A stretch of DNA of 64,000 nucleotides from a virus. A program made the position numbers and the translations under genes. The DNA is taken from the IMG/VR virus record IMGVR_UViG_3300007735_000802; one strand, given 5' to 3'. The notes below the pieces were generated by a model. The model had not been told where the DNA came from and did not search any database. It saw only the letters and a program-made list of their open reading frames with translations. Shown here piece by piece: positions 26,521 to 35,926 of the stretch (positions are counted from its first letter, which is position 1; each line of letters opens with the position of its first letter).

Positions 26521-27207
26521 ATGAAAAACTTAAACGAATTCACAACAGGATATCCAGTTTCATACGCTAACAGTCAGTCTCAAGAATATCAAGGAGTCTT
26601 AGGACCAGTTGATGCAGAGACTGTACAAGGAAATGACAGATTCAATCCAAAGACACCCGAGGGTCTACACAGATTGAATGCATTTATCAACCACTTCTTC
26701 AGAAGAACCACACTAAATCCACACTACGATCTGACACATTTAAAATCTAGACTCAATCACTTAAATCTAGATTTTAAAATTGATGTTACAAAACCACTAA
26801 ATCCTGGAATGAACACATTCAAGGTAACTAAAGGCGAAGTTTTTGGTGTAACACCAACAACAGACTTAAGTCAAGGATTTGATAAGGGATCTGATCTACC
26901 AGAATATTTGTTGGATGTAAATGTATTGAAGACTGAAGATGGATTCAAACTTGAAGGTAAACTAAGACCACATGACGGAATGACAGAAACTCCAGTCATG
27001 GAAGAGGGATTCAAGCAAATGATGAAAGATAAAGAAAAGAGAAACAAGAGAATTAAACTTGTCAAGGAACTTTGGAATAAAAGAGTCAATGAACAAGTTG
27101 AAAAACAAAATGCTGAAAATGTCAAAGATCTAACAGGCGAGACAAAAAAAGAAATGCGTAAGGATAAGAAGAAGATAGAAACTCAGCTAAAATCAGTCAA
27201 AAGATAA
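26521..27207 (+). CDS. hypothetical late protein
   Basis: MKNLNEF leader; GAGGG RBS. Confidence 0.65.
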   Translation: MKNLNEFTTGYPVSYANSQSQEYQGVLGPVDAETVQGNDRFNPKTPEGLHRLNAFINHFFRRTTLNPHYDLTHLKSRLNHLNLDFKIDVTKPLNPGMNTFKVTKGEVFGVTPTTDLSQGFDKGSDLPEYLLDVNVLKTEDGFKLEGKLRPHDGMTETPVMEEGFKQMMKDKEKRNKRIKLVKELWNKRVNEQVEKQNAENVKDLTGETKKEMRKDKKKIETQLKSVKR

Positions 27208-27216
27208 TATTATGTC

Positions 27217-27594
27217 ATGAAAGAAAAACTGTGTCCAAATAATTTTGTTTTATATGCAATGAAGATGTATAGCAATCCACGCTGCACCGGAGTGGATGAA
27301 TTCAAGGAAGACATAACAAGAATAAAGTACATAAAAAGATTGCTAATCAAGTATAAACGAAATGGTGAATTGAAAGACAGATTGATACTGAATCATGTGA
27401 TAATTCTTCAAAATTTATTTGGAGCAGAAGCATGTGCAAGAATTTTATTCTATAAGATACCAAGAGAATTGCATTCTTATTTGAAAGCATTTTTGGAATA
27501 TTTACAATATCTTCCATACGAAATACCAGAAGTGGATTTAAATTCAATAAACTCAGATCATAGAGTAATTAAAATATTACAAAGGTTAAAATAA
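27217..27594 (+). CDS. conserved T4-like phage protein
   Basis: NFVLYAMKMY...EFKED...KYIKRL...RLILNH. Confidence 0.75.
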   Translation: MKEKLCPNNFVLYAMKMYSNPRCTGVDEFKEDITRIKYIKRLLIKYKRNGELKDRLILNHVIILQNLFGAEACARILFYKIPRELHSYLKAFLEYLQYLPYEIPEVDLNSINSDHRVIKILQRLK

Positions 27595-28976
27595 TGGGCA
27601 AAGGTGCTTCTCCTACAATACAAACCACTGGTCATATGACTCATATCGGTGACTGGGCGATATATGGAGATCCAACTCTTTCATTAAAACACATCGAAGC
27701 AGTTCACGACTTTCTACGAGGAAAACAACAAGAAGGTCACAGTGTATCTTTAAAAGCAGATGGTGGAGTCAGTGTTTTGTTTGGAAGAAAATCTGATGGT
27801 AGACATTTTGTTTCATACAAGAGTGGAAAGAATCAATTTCATACACCAGAAGAAATTGATGCAGCACAAGTTCCATATGGAGAAGACATCAAACAATTAC
27901 TCAGTCGTGTACAAGAAATGCCATTAAAAAAAGGTCATGTATTTCAAGGAGATATGTTGTGGGCAGATTCTTCTGAAAATGACAGAGGAATGATAAGACC
28001 AAATACAATAAAATATTCAAATATGCCAAACACTCCGCTTGGCATTGCAGTACATGGTCAATATAGAATCAAAAAAGATGGTTCCATTCAAAAAGTTTCA
28101 AGCACTCCAGATCTAAAACAAATACAACACCCAGATGTTCACATTCCAGATCTACAATTAGAAAAAAGACATATACCACTTTCAGCAGAAAGAAACAAGG
28201 CAATAAGAACTTCTATTGCAGCAGCAAAAAGTGCTCTTACACCAGAAGTATCTGAATATGCAAGAGGTATTCCACAAGATAAAGATATTCATAAATTTCT
28301 ACAAGAATATTTAAATGAAGTTGTTGCGACAACCGGAAAAAGAAGTGTAGAAAGTCTTAGAACTTATATTCACTCACCGCTGAGACGAATACAAACATCA
28401 AAAGCATACATGAGCAAACCAACTCAGGCGAATCTTTCTGATAAACGAAGAAACGCACTGTTGGAAAAATTAACAACACACATAGATCAAAACGAACAAA
28501 ATTTACATAATCTTTTTCAACACATGAATCATATCAGTAATGCCAAACATCATATTCTTGATGCTCTGGCAGAAAGACAATCAAGTCACAGCATTACTCC
28601 ACATCGTCAAAATGAACACGAAGGAATAGTATCTGCTCTTGATGTTCCTGGTAAAGATGAAACTTTGGCAAAACTAACAAGGGAGGGACCAATGGGATTT
28701 AGTGCAAAAAATAGAGCAAGAGGTCTTGAAAGAGGTTTCTATGGTCCCGTTCAAGAGGAAATCATGACCGCGAGCAGTGGTGGTGTTTCTGGTATGGGAT
28801 ACAATCTCGGTGGTCCACCACCAGATGATGTAAAAATAACACCACGCGCACAAAAAGAATATACAGATGCAAATATAAAAGCACCTCCAGTTAAACCCAT
28901 GGGAATAAATGACTTGATCAAAAAAGCCATTTATCGAAAATTGGGAAGATTAAATGTTGGACGAGAAGCATACTAA
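27594..28976 (+). CDS. ligase-like nucleotidyltransferase-fold protein
   Basis: HMTHIGD, SLKADG (KxDG motif I), FQGDM, HEGIV, AKL. Confidence 0.7.
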   Translation: MGKGASPTIQTTGHMTHIGDWAIYGDPTLSLKHIEAVHDFLRGKQQEGHSVSLKADGGVSVLFGRKSDGRHFVSYKSGKNQFHTPEEIDAAQVPYGEDIKQLLSRVQEMPLKKGHVFQGDMLWADSSENDRGMIRPNTIKYSNMPNTPLGIAVHGQYRIKKDGSIQKVSSTPDLKQIQHPDVHIPDLQLEKRHIPLSAERNKAIRTSIAAAKSALTPEVSEYARGIPQDKDIHKFLQEYLNEVVATTGKRSVESLRTYIHSPLRRIQTSKAYMSKPTQANLSDKRRNALLEKLTTHIDQNEQNLHNLFQHMNHISNAKHHILDALAERQSSHSITPHRQNEHEGIVSALDVPGKDETLAKLTREGPMGFSAKNRARGLERGFYGPVQEEIMTASSGGVSGMGYNLGGPPPDDVKITPRAQKEYTDANIKAPPVKPMGINDLIKKAIYRKLGRLNVGREAY

Positions 28977-29179
28977 TGTCAAAAAACAAAAACAAAAAGG
29001 GCAGAGAGTCTGATGAATATTTCCTCTGCACTCATGTTGATAGTAACGGATACCAATTCGAACTTCTTTTAACAAAAAGAGAGTTTGATATTGGAGTTGA
29101 AAGAGCAATTAAAAATCCAGAAGATATCCCAGACATGTTTATAGTTTTACAAGGAGTAAAGAAATGCCAACAGAATTAA
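28976..29179 (+). CDS. hypothetical protein
   Basis: Coupled ORF; LLLTKREF...RAIKNPED. Confidence 0.6.
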   Translation: MSKNKNKKGRESDEYFLCTHVDSNGYQFELLLTKREFDIGVERAIKNPEDIPDMFIVLQGVKKCQQN

Positions 29180-29598
29180 TATCACTTATAGGAGGATCTG
29201 CTGCTGGATTTATTTTCAGATATATGGCAGAAAAACGCCAAGCAGAACAAGAAAATTTCAAAAGACTTCTTGAAGCAAATGATAGAACAAATAGAAATCA
29301 AAACGAAGCAGTAAAAAGAGTCCCACTAGATGCAGGAAAAGCAGTAAGACAAATAATTGTTCTTGCAATACTATTTGGAACAATTGTTGCTCCATTTGTT
29401 CTTCCATTCTTTGGCATTCCAACAGTCGTAGAAGTCATTGAGACACATCCTGAGTTTCTGTTTGGTTTGATCCCAGAAACCAAAGAAACGGTCTTCCAAT
29501 CAGTTTCTGGATACCTATTCACTCAAGAAAATAGACAAATTCTACTTTCAATCGTAGGTTTCTACTTTGGTAGTGCCACTGCTGGAAATAAGACATGA
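29164..29598 (+). CDS. membrane protein, holin-like
   Basis: 2-3 hydrophobic segments; C-terminal IVGFYFGS. Confidence 0.6.
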   Translation: MPTELISLIGGSAAGFIFRYMAEKRQAEQENFKRLLEANDRTNRNQNEAVKRVPLDAGKAVRQIIVLAILFGTIVAPFVLPFFGIPTVVEVIETHPEFLFGLIPETKETVFQSVSGYLFTQENRQILLSIVGFYFGSATAGNKT

Positions 29599-29882
29599 AA
29601 AAATTATTTCTAGCTCTCAGTCTTTTGTTTACTCCAGTAGCAAAAGCTGAAACAATTATGATACCTGTTCAAGATTTGTTATATGAAATACCAAATTTTG
29701 AAGCACCAAAATTTAATTTTAATGCAGCACTGGAATATTCAAACATAATAGGTGATTTGAAGAAATCAAAAAGAGAAAGAAAAGAAGCAGAGAATAAACT
29801 CATAAATCTACTATATGAACTTTATCCAGATGCAACTTCTATGAAAATATATCGCGGAACTTTAATTATAAGGATTGACTAA
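29595..29882 (+). CDS. exported small protein
   Basis: Signal peptide ending AKA; VQDLLYEIPNFEAPKF. Confidence 0.65.
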   Translation: MKKLFLALSLLFTPVAKAETIMIPVQDLLYEIPNFEAPKFNFNAALEYSNIIGDLKKSKRERKEAENKLINLLYELYPDATSMKIYRGTLIIRID

Positions 29883-30535
29883 TGAAAAAGAATCTTTTAA
29901 TAGTATTTCTAAGTTTAATATTTTTAATGTCTGGTTGTAGACCAACTCTATCTGTTAATTCTCCATTAATGGAAAAAACTCAAGATGTTATAAGCAAACC
30001 AACAAAAACAATAATCTCTAAAGAAACAGTAGGTGAACTACCAAAAAATACATGGATCAAGACAGATCCAGAAGAAAAGGTCGAAGTTAAATTAGAAGAG
30101 GATACTGTTGTTACTTTGATTCAGCCAGTAATAACTCCTGTTCCAGAAATCACACAAACACCTAAAATTGAAGATGATTCAATAAAAAATGAAACTACTT
30201 TAAATCCCCCAAAAGTTCCAACTCTGGAAAAACCAGTGCAGATAATTCTTCCAAAGAATACTCCTGTAATTCTTCCAGAGAACACATATTTGCAGACATC
30301 GGATCAGGCAAAAGTAATTATGGAAGCCCAGACAGAGGTAACTTTGCCTGTAGGAACAGAAATTTCTATAAGCAAAATCAATTGGTATGCGATTCTATTT
30401 TACTTACTATTACTCTTTGGTGTTGTCTGGTACTATTTGCAAGGAAAAACCGAGGACAAAGACGGAGATGGTTTTGTCGATGAATCAAATAAACAAGAAA
30501 GCAAAGAAGAAAATAAGGAAGAAACTAAGACTTAA
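29882..30535 (+). CDS. lipoprotein with C-terminal TM helix (u-spanin-like topology)
   Basis: Lipobox LMSG-C; C-terminal WYAILFYLLLLFGVVWYYL. Confidence 0.6.
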   Translation: MKKNLLIVFLSLIFLMSGCRPTLSVNSPLMEKTQDVISKPTKTIISKETVGELPKNTWIKTDPEEKVEVKLEEDTVVTLIQPVITPVPEITQTPKIEDDSIKNETTLNPPKVPTLEKPVQIILPKNTPVILPENTYLQTSDQAKVIMEAQTEVTLPVGTEISISKINWYAILFYLLLLFGVVWYYLQGKTEDKDGDGFVDESNKQESKEENKEETKT

Positions 30536-31079
30536 TTTGATCGTGTAATATTTTACAAATATAATAACAATCTACAATATCTGTTACAGGACTCCCAACG
30601 AGTGTTTTGTTGGGAGTTATTATTTCCTGCAAGTTTATTCCAGTTTCATTTAGAAAGGAATCAACCATTAGTTGTTTATCTGCATTTCCTTTTCCTGTTG
30701 CAATCTTTTTAACCTTTGTTGGTTCGATAATTTCTACAGGAATGGATGCTTCATATAATTTGTATTTTAATATACCTGTATTTTCAGCAATATGGAATAT
30801 TCTTCCGGTAGCATTATATGCATATCCCTCTAAGGCAACCATATCAGAACCAATACACACTCGCATTACCCAATCAGATATAGAATCATATCGCTCACAC
30901 TCTTCATCATATGGTCGAAACAATTCTCCGTAAATATTATTTAAGAATAGAGTTGCATATTTTTTGGTATCTGTGAGAAAATAAAAGTTACAATTCTTGA
31001 AAGAAAAGTTACCTTTTTGTGTGTCAAATACACAGATGGCGGGTCCATTTAAAGAATAATCAATCCCAGAAATTATCAT
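30525..31079 (-). CDS. RuvC-like Holliday junction resolvase
   Basis: GIDYS, ALEGY, VKKIATGKGNADK, DIVD. Confidence 0.8.
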   Translation of the reverse strand: MIISGIDYSLNGPAICVFDTQKGNFSFKNCNFYFLTDTKKYATLFLNNIYGELFRPYDEECERYDSISDWVMRVCIGSDMVALEGYAYNATGRIFHIAENTGILKYKLYEASIPVEIIEPTKVKKIATGKGNADKQLMVDSFLNETGINLQEIITPNKTLVGSPVTDIVDCYYICKILHDQIKS

Positions 31080-31114
31080 TGATATAAATATATATACCAA
31101 ATCAGGGAGATAAC

Positions 31115-31981
31115 ATGAACGGATACAAACCAAACTATTTCAATAAAAATTTATTAGAGTCAATGAAAAGTTCATTAAGAAATGTTGTTCTAGGAGAAGC
31201 AGAGACAAGACCAGTTGCTCAAGCAGCAAAGAAAGGTTTTGCAGGATATGGTGGTTTGCCAATGGAAAAACTCTCAGATCTTGAATTGCAGAAAAGAATG
31301 CAAGGAACCAAGAGAACATCCATTTTTGGACCACAAAAACAATCAGATGAATATCTTGCATATGAAGCAGAAATGAACAGAAGAAAGGGTGCTCAAGCAG
31401 CACCAGTTACAGCACCAGCACCAAGTGATGTTGCAGTTCCTGGATTAAAGAGTGGACTACCACAAATGGCAGATGCGGATATTCCAACACCATCTATACC
31501 TTCAGCACAAACACAACCAAGTCCAGAACAAGAAGCAGAAGAAGGCAGACAAAGAAGAATAGAAAGAGCTCCAGCAAGAAAAGAATACTCAAATACAACA
31601 GGAATTCCTGCTGTTGATCGATCAATTGATCCTGTTGTACAAGCAGCATCGAAAACCGTTCCCGGATCTCTAGTTCGTGCCGCAGGAGAAGCAATTGGTA
31701 AAATGACAGCAGGTTCTAGTCCATTCACACCAACTCCAGCTGGTTATAATCAAATGAAACCTGTTGTTTTGCAACCAGGTGATATAAGACCAGCTGGTTC
31801 TGCACCAACCGCTATGCCAGCAAGACCAACTCCACTTCAAGCAAAACCATCAGAAATGCCAGCAGATACCAGAGCAGAGTTGCTAAGACAAACAGATACT
31901 CCTGCTGCAAGAAGAAGAGGAACAAATCTTCCTCCAAGACAAACAATGAATCCTGGATTTAGTCCAATGGGTGGATTTTAA
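31115..31981 (+). CDS. Pro/Ala-rich putative internal protein
   Basis: TATAAATA at 31083; LLES/LGEA possible cleavage sites; terminator 32001-32030. Confidence 0.6.
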   Translation: MNGYKPNYFNKNLLESMKSSLRNVVLGEAETRPVAQAAKKGFAGYGGLPMEKLSDLELQKRMQGTKRTSIFGPQKQSDEYLAYEAEMNRRKGAQAAPVTAPAPSDVAVPGLKSGLPQMADADIPTPSIPSAQTQPSPEQEAEEGRQRRIERAPARKEYSNTTGIPAVDRSIDPVVQAASKTVPGSLVRAAGEAIGKMTAGSSPFTPTPAGYNQMKPVVLQPGDIRPAGSAPTAMPARPTPLQAKPSEMPADTRAELLRQTDTPAARRRGTNLPPRQTMNPGFSPMGGF

Positions 31982-32054
31982 GTTATTATAATAAACAAAA
32001 AAGACCCCCCGAAAGGGGGGTTTTCTTTTTTATAAATAAATTTGGAGATTTGAT

Positions 32055-32990
32055 ATGTCAAATAAATTAATTCCCGAATATGTAGAACATTATAAGAAAC
32101 AGTTAGTAGAAGATAATACATTATCTTCTTGGGCAAGAAAAAATTATCCTACAATTGGAGCAGCTACAGGTACATTAGTGGGTGGACCACTGGGTGGTGC
32201 TGCGGGATATGGACTTGGAAAAGCAATGCAATCTGACGCAGCAAAAACCGCTATTGGTGGAGCAGTGGGTGGAACTCCCACATCAAAAGCAGCAGGAACT
32301 GCGGTAGGAACTGCGGTAGGAACTGCTGTTGGTGGACCTGTAGGTGGAGTTGTTGGTGGTCTTGCAGGAGGAGCCTTATCAGATTTCTCAATAGAAGATA
32401 TAAAAAGAGGAATTTCAAAAGTTTTTGGTGGTGCAAAGAAACCATCAGGAAGAATGGGATCTGTTGCAAGATTTGTTGAACGAACTCCAAGTGCTGCTAC
32501 TCAATATGGAAGAAGAATGCAATATGGTATAGGAATGGAAGAACCAAGATCACAATACGATCTGTACAGAATAGCAATGGCAGATAAAGACATTGCCGCT
32601 GCGGAAGCAGAAGCAGGAGGCAATCTTGGATATCAGTCAAGAGCACAACAATTAGCAGGAAGAGTTCAAAGAGGATATAGTGGAACACTTGGTGCTAATC
32701 TACAAGGAGATGAAAAGCATGGTGAATTTGCAGGAAAACTTTTCACTCCAGTTGGTGCGTTTGAAAGAGAACTTGCAAAATCAAAAGCAAATACAGCACA
32801 AATGAGAAGAGAGATGGAAACTGGAGTTTCAGATAAATTATCAGATTTAGAAATTGTTAGAGGCGGCGGACAGTTTGGAAGTCCAGAAGAGGCAAGAAAA
32901 GAAAGACTTGATGCTTCCACTAGATTGATGGATAAGATCAAACGCGAAGCAGAAGAGAAAAAGAGAAAAGAAACTCAAGCAGCAATGTAA
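32055..32990 (+). CDS. glycine-zipper putative ejected protein
   Basis: TATAAATA at 32031; KQLVED; GTAVGTAVGTAVGGPVGG. Confidence 0.6.
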   Translation: MSNKLIPEYVEHYKKQLVEDNTLSSWARKNYPTIGAATGTLVGGPLGGAAGYGLGKAMQSDAAKTAIGGAVGGTPTSKAAGTAVGTAVGTAVGGPVGGVVGGLAGGALSDFSIEDIKRGISKVFGGAKKPSGRMGSVARFVERTPSAATQYGRRMQYGIGMEEPRSQYDLYRIAMADKDIAAAEAEAGGNLGYQSRAQQLAGRVQRGYSGTLGANLQGDEKHGEFAGKLFTPVGAFERELAKSKANTAQMRREMETGVSDKLSDLEIVRGGGQFGSPEEARKERLDASTRLMDKIKREAEEKKRKETQAAM

Positions 32991-32991
32991 A

Positions 32992-33020
32992 GAAAACAAC
33001 CCCCTTTCGGGGGTTGTTTC
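32992..33020. terminator. bidirectional terminator
   Basis: AAACAACCCCC-TTTC-GGGGGTTGTTT. Confidence 0.85.
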
Positions 33021-33028
33021 TTATTAAC

Positions 33029-34108
33029 TTATTTTTGTAATATTTGTTTACAGAACTCGTACAAGAAATTACTATAGATTGTTTTCACTGCTGCTTTCAT
33101 AGAATCAGATGTCCAAAATATATCAAGATCAGCTGGTGCTCCATATCCATTTAAGAATTGCTTATTGAAATGATTTCTTATTGCAATTTGTTCTTCTCTT
33201 CTTGCTGGATTTGAAGTGTCTGCTAATGGACTAGTTACTAAATAAACTCTCCAGTTTCCACCAAACCAAACAATAAATCCATCTCCACCATTTACTAAAA
33301 ATGGATAAATTGTATCTTTTAATAATTCATCAAAAGGTATTGTTTCAAAACCTTTTACTTTTGAATTTTCTCCAGTAATATCAGCTATTAATTCTTTAAA
33401 TAGAACAGGACTTATCCATGCTAATTTTTCTTTTGTATTTGAGGGATCAAATCTATTTACTAGTTCAGCAGTTATTTTAGTTTTTAGAGGATCAATTTTA
33501 TCTAAATTAGACTTATCTTTATCAGCAACATCATGCTGGTATAATTCAGCTGCAATCATATCAGATGCCTCTGCTACATCTTTATAACTTTCATATAAAG
33601 CATCTTTAAAATCTTTTAACTGTTTTTCATTTGCTTCGAAAACTCTAATTTGTTTTGTGCAAGTTTCATGTCTAATTGTATCTCCACCATCGGCGCATAT
33701 CCATATTGGAACATTAGGAAGAGCATAATATCCCCATTTTTTATCTGGATATTTTTTCTTTAACACATTTATCGCATCTACCATATTTTTAGATACGGTT
33801 TTTTGATTTACTGGTGTTCCATTTTGATGGGTTTTATTATACTCATTTCCTGTCATAAGAACCCAAGTATGTGGTTCTTCAAAATCAAGAAATACAGTTT
33901 TTGCTGTTGCAAATGGTGCTCCACCATCCACATATCCAGGTTTCTCTACATGGTCAATTATTTGATTTACATCAACAGTTCCATCTGTAGATTCATGATC
34001 ATTTACATCATATTGATAAAGAATAGAATATTGTTCTACTCCTAATTCTTCAAATCTAGAAACAAAAGTTGGATCTGGAATATCGTCTATGTATAACTTT
34101 ATCTTCAT
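33029..34108 (-). CDS. putative glycoside-hydrolase-like TIM-barrel protein
   Basis: VFLDFEEP, KWGYYALP, DGFIVW (reminiscent of hyaluronidase-like GH). Confidence 0.5.
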   Translation of the reverse strand: MKIKLYIDDIPDPTFVSRFEELGVEQYSILYQYDVNDHESTDGTVDVNQIIDHVEKPGYVDGGAPFATAKTVFLDFEEPHTWVLMTGNEYNKTHQNGTPVNQKTVSKNMVDAINVLKKKYPDKKWGYYALPNVPIWICADGGDTIRHETCTKQIRVFEANEKQLKDFKDALYESYKDVAEASDMIAAELYQHDVADKDKSNLDKIDPLKTKITAELVNRFDPSNTKEKLAWISPVLFKELIADITGENSKVKGFETIPFDELLKDTIYPFLVNGGDGFIVWFGGNWRVYLVTSPLADTSNPARREEQIAIRNHFNKQFLNGYGAPADLDIFWTSDSMKAAVKTIYSNFLYEFCKQILQK

Positions 34109-34116
34109 AATTCTCC

Positions 34117-35838
34117 TTACTGACAACCGCTAGTTGATACATTTAATTGTCTAACATTAGGTTCAATTAAATATGGTTGGTTTCTTTCTGAATTTCCATA
34201 ATCTACCATTCCAGCAACACACACATTTTTAATTAATACATTTTTAATATTCAAAGATTTATCAGCATCAGTTGCATGTTTTTTCCATCTCATTGGTTGA
34301 TCTTTGAACTTTATGTTCTCCATCAATAAATGATTTGCATCAATCATCCACCATGATCCAGCAACTGAATTTCTGTCTTGAGATACATCCCAGTTGATAA
34401 AAGCTGTATTATCATATTGCTGAGTGCCTGTAGTCGAACTACAATTCATTTGAAATCCTTGCATCCAAAAATTTCTTGCAGTTATGTTAAAGAATATATT
34501 GTTTTCTCTTCTAATAGGACTTCCAGAATTAGCAAAGAAATGCACTAAATCTGCATGATCATCTCCAATTCTAACATATTGATCTATAAATGCATTTATA
34601 TGCAATCCTGTATTTGCTAATGGAGTATCCCCAGGTCGTATTAATCTAGAATTTATCGAAATATTAGCACTTCTCATTGTTCCTCTGGTGTTGTACATTT
34701 CACAATTTATATAATATGCACCAGCAAAACTAGAACTAAACTCACTTCCAAGTATAGGATCTTTTAAATTTCCATTATCATCATATGCCTCATAAGTGGC
34801 ATAACAATTTTCTATCGATATTATTGAGTCTAAATTACCACTTCTTATTTGTGTTGATGTAATTGTATCGTTATTATAAAAAGTTATATTTTTTACTTGT
34901 ATTAACTTAGTTCCGTAATTACCAACTCCAATTAATTTTACTTGTTCTCTGGTTAAATTTGGTGCTGGTTGTATTGTTATAAAACGACTAATAGTTGTTG
35001 GATTTGGATAAGAATACGATCCAATCCCATTTTGATGACTGCCTTCCATTAAATATATTTTAGCACCATCACATATTCCATTTTGTAGTGTTCTAACTTG
35101 TCTTAGTGCTTTACCTATGGATTGATATGGAAGTGCTTCTGAACCATTTCCTATAGTATCATTTCCATTTGGTGAAACATACATCACTAAACTTGAAAGA
35201 GTTCCATGTGAATTTAAATTTAAAAATAAAGAATGATTTCCATCTTTATATTTTAGATAATTCACTCCACCAACTCTAATATCAGATAATGATCCTTGAA
35301 GAACTCTTGGCATACCTATGTTTGGATATACAATCGCTCTTACTTCAATTAAACCATCTTGAGTGTCAAATGGATTTACAGAAATAAAATATTCTTCCAC
35401 ATTATTTGAGGAATTTAATTTTGGTTGATAAACGGATTTCCATGCTCCACCATTTACAGAAAAATCAACCTTTTGTATACCACAGATATGAAAAGCAACT
35501 ACACCTATTGTAAAATCAGTATTATATTCTGTAAATGGAACATTTGTCCATCTTGCAATGGCTTGGGCATCATATCCCCATTCATCTGGAGAACCGTTAT
35601 TTTCTGGTTGTGGAGTGGTTTCTAAAAATCCATTACCTATATCAGTTCTTTCTTCTTGACCTAGAAATATAGCTAAATCAGCAGCATTTACTGTCCCATC
35701 ACCATTAAAATCATAGTTTGGATTATTAGTATCCCATGAATTTAGAAGTTCAGCCAATTTTTCAGCATCAGATTGTTCATTATTTGGTAAATTTGCCATT
35801 CCAATCAACATCGCAAAGAGAAGTATAAACTTTCTCAA
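34117..35838 (-). CDS. exported protein with dockerin-like motif and beta-helix (pectin-lyase-like) domain
   Basis: TTG start after AGGAG; signal peptide; DFNGDGTVNAADLAIFL; YVSPNGND...GNGS..LPYQSIGKAL. Confidence 0.65.
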   Translation of the reverse strand: MRKFILLFAMLIGMANLPNNEQSDAEKLAELLNSWDTNNPNYDFNGDGTVNAADLAIFLGQEERTDIGNGFLETTPQPENNGSPDEWGYDAQAIARWTNVPFTEYNTDFTIGVVAFHICGIQKVDFSVNGGAWKSVYQPKLNSSNNVEEYFISVNPFDTQDGLIEVRAIVYPNIGMPRVLQGSLSDIRVGGVNYLKYKDGNHSLFLNLNSHGTLSSLVMYVSPNGNDTIGNGSEALPYQSIGKALRQVRTLQNGICDGAKIYLMEGSHQNGIGSYSYPNPTTISRFITIQPAPNLTREQVKLIGVGNYGTKLIQVKNITFYNNDTITSTQIRSGNLDSIISIENCYATYEAYDDNGNLKDPILGSEFSSSFAGAYYINCEMYNTRGTMRSANISINSRLIRPGDTPLANTGLHINAFIDQYVRIGDDHADLVHFFANSGSPIRRENNIFFNITARNFWMQGFQMNCSSTTGTQQYDNTAFINWDVSQDRNSVAGSWWMIDANHLLMENIKFKDQPMRWKKHATDADKSLNIKNVLIKNVCVAGMVDYGNSERNQPYLIEPNVRQLNVSTSGCQ

Positions 35839-35926
35839 TGGAGTACTCCTTTCTATTATGTATAAAGAAACAACCCCCATTTCTGAGGGTTGTCGGACCT
35901 GAGATGCTATCTCAAGTGGGGTTATA

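Noticed and set aside
29036-29045. GTTGATAGTA copy inside a CDS as a functional site
   Set aside because: Single coding-region occurrence (codons for V-D-S) that could be chance, although it keeps the same orientation.
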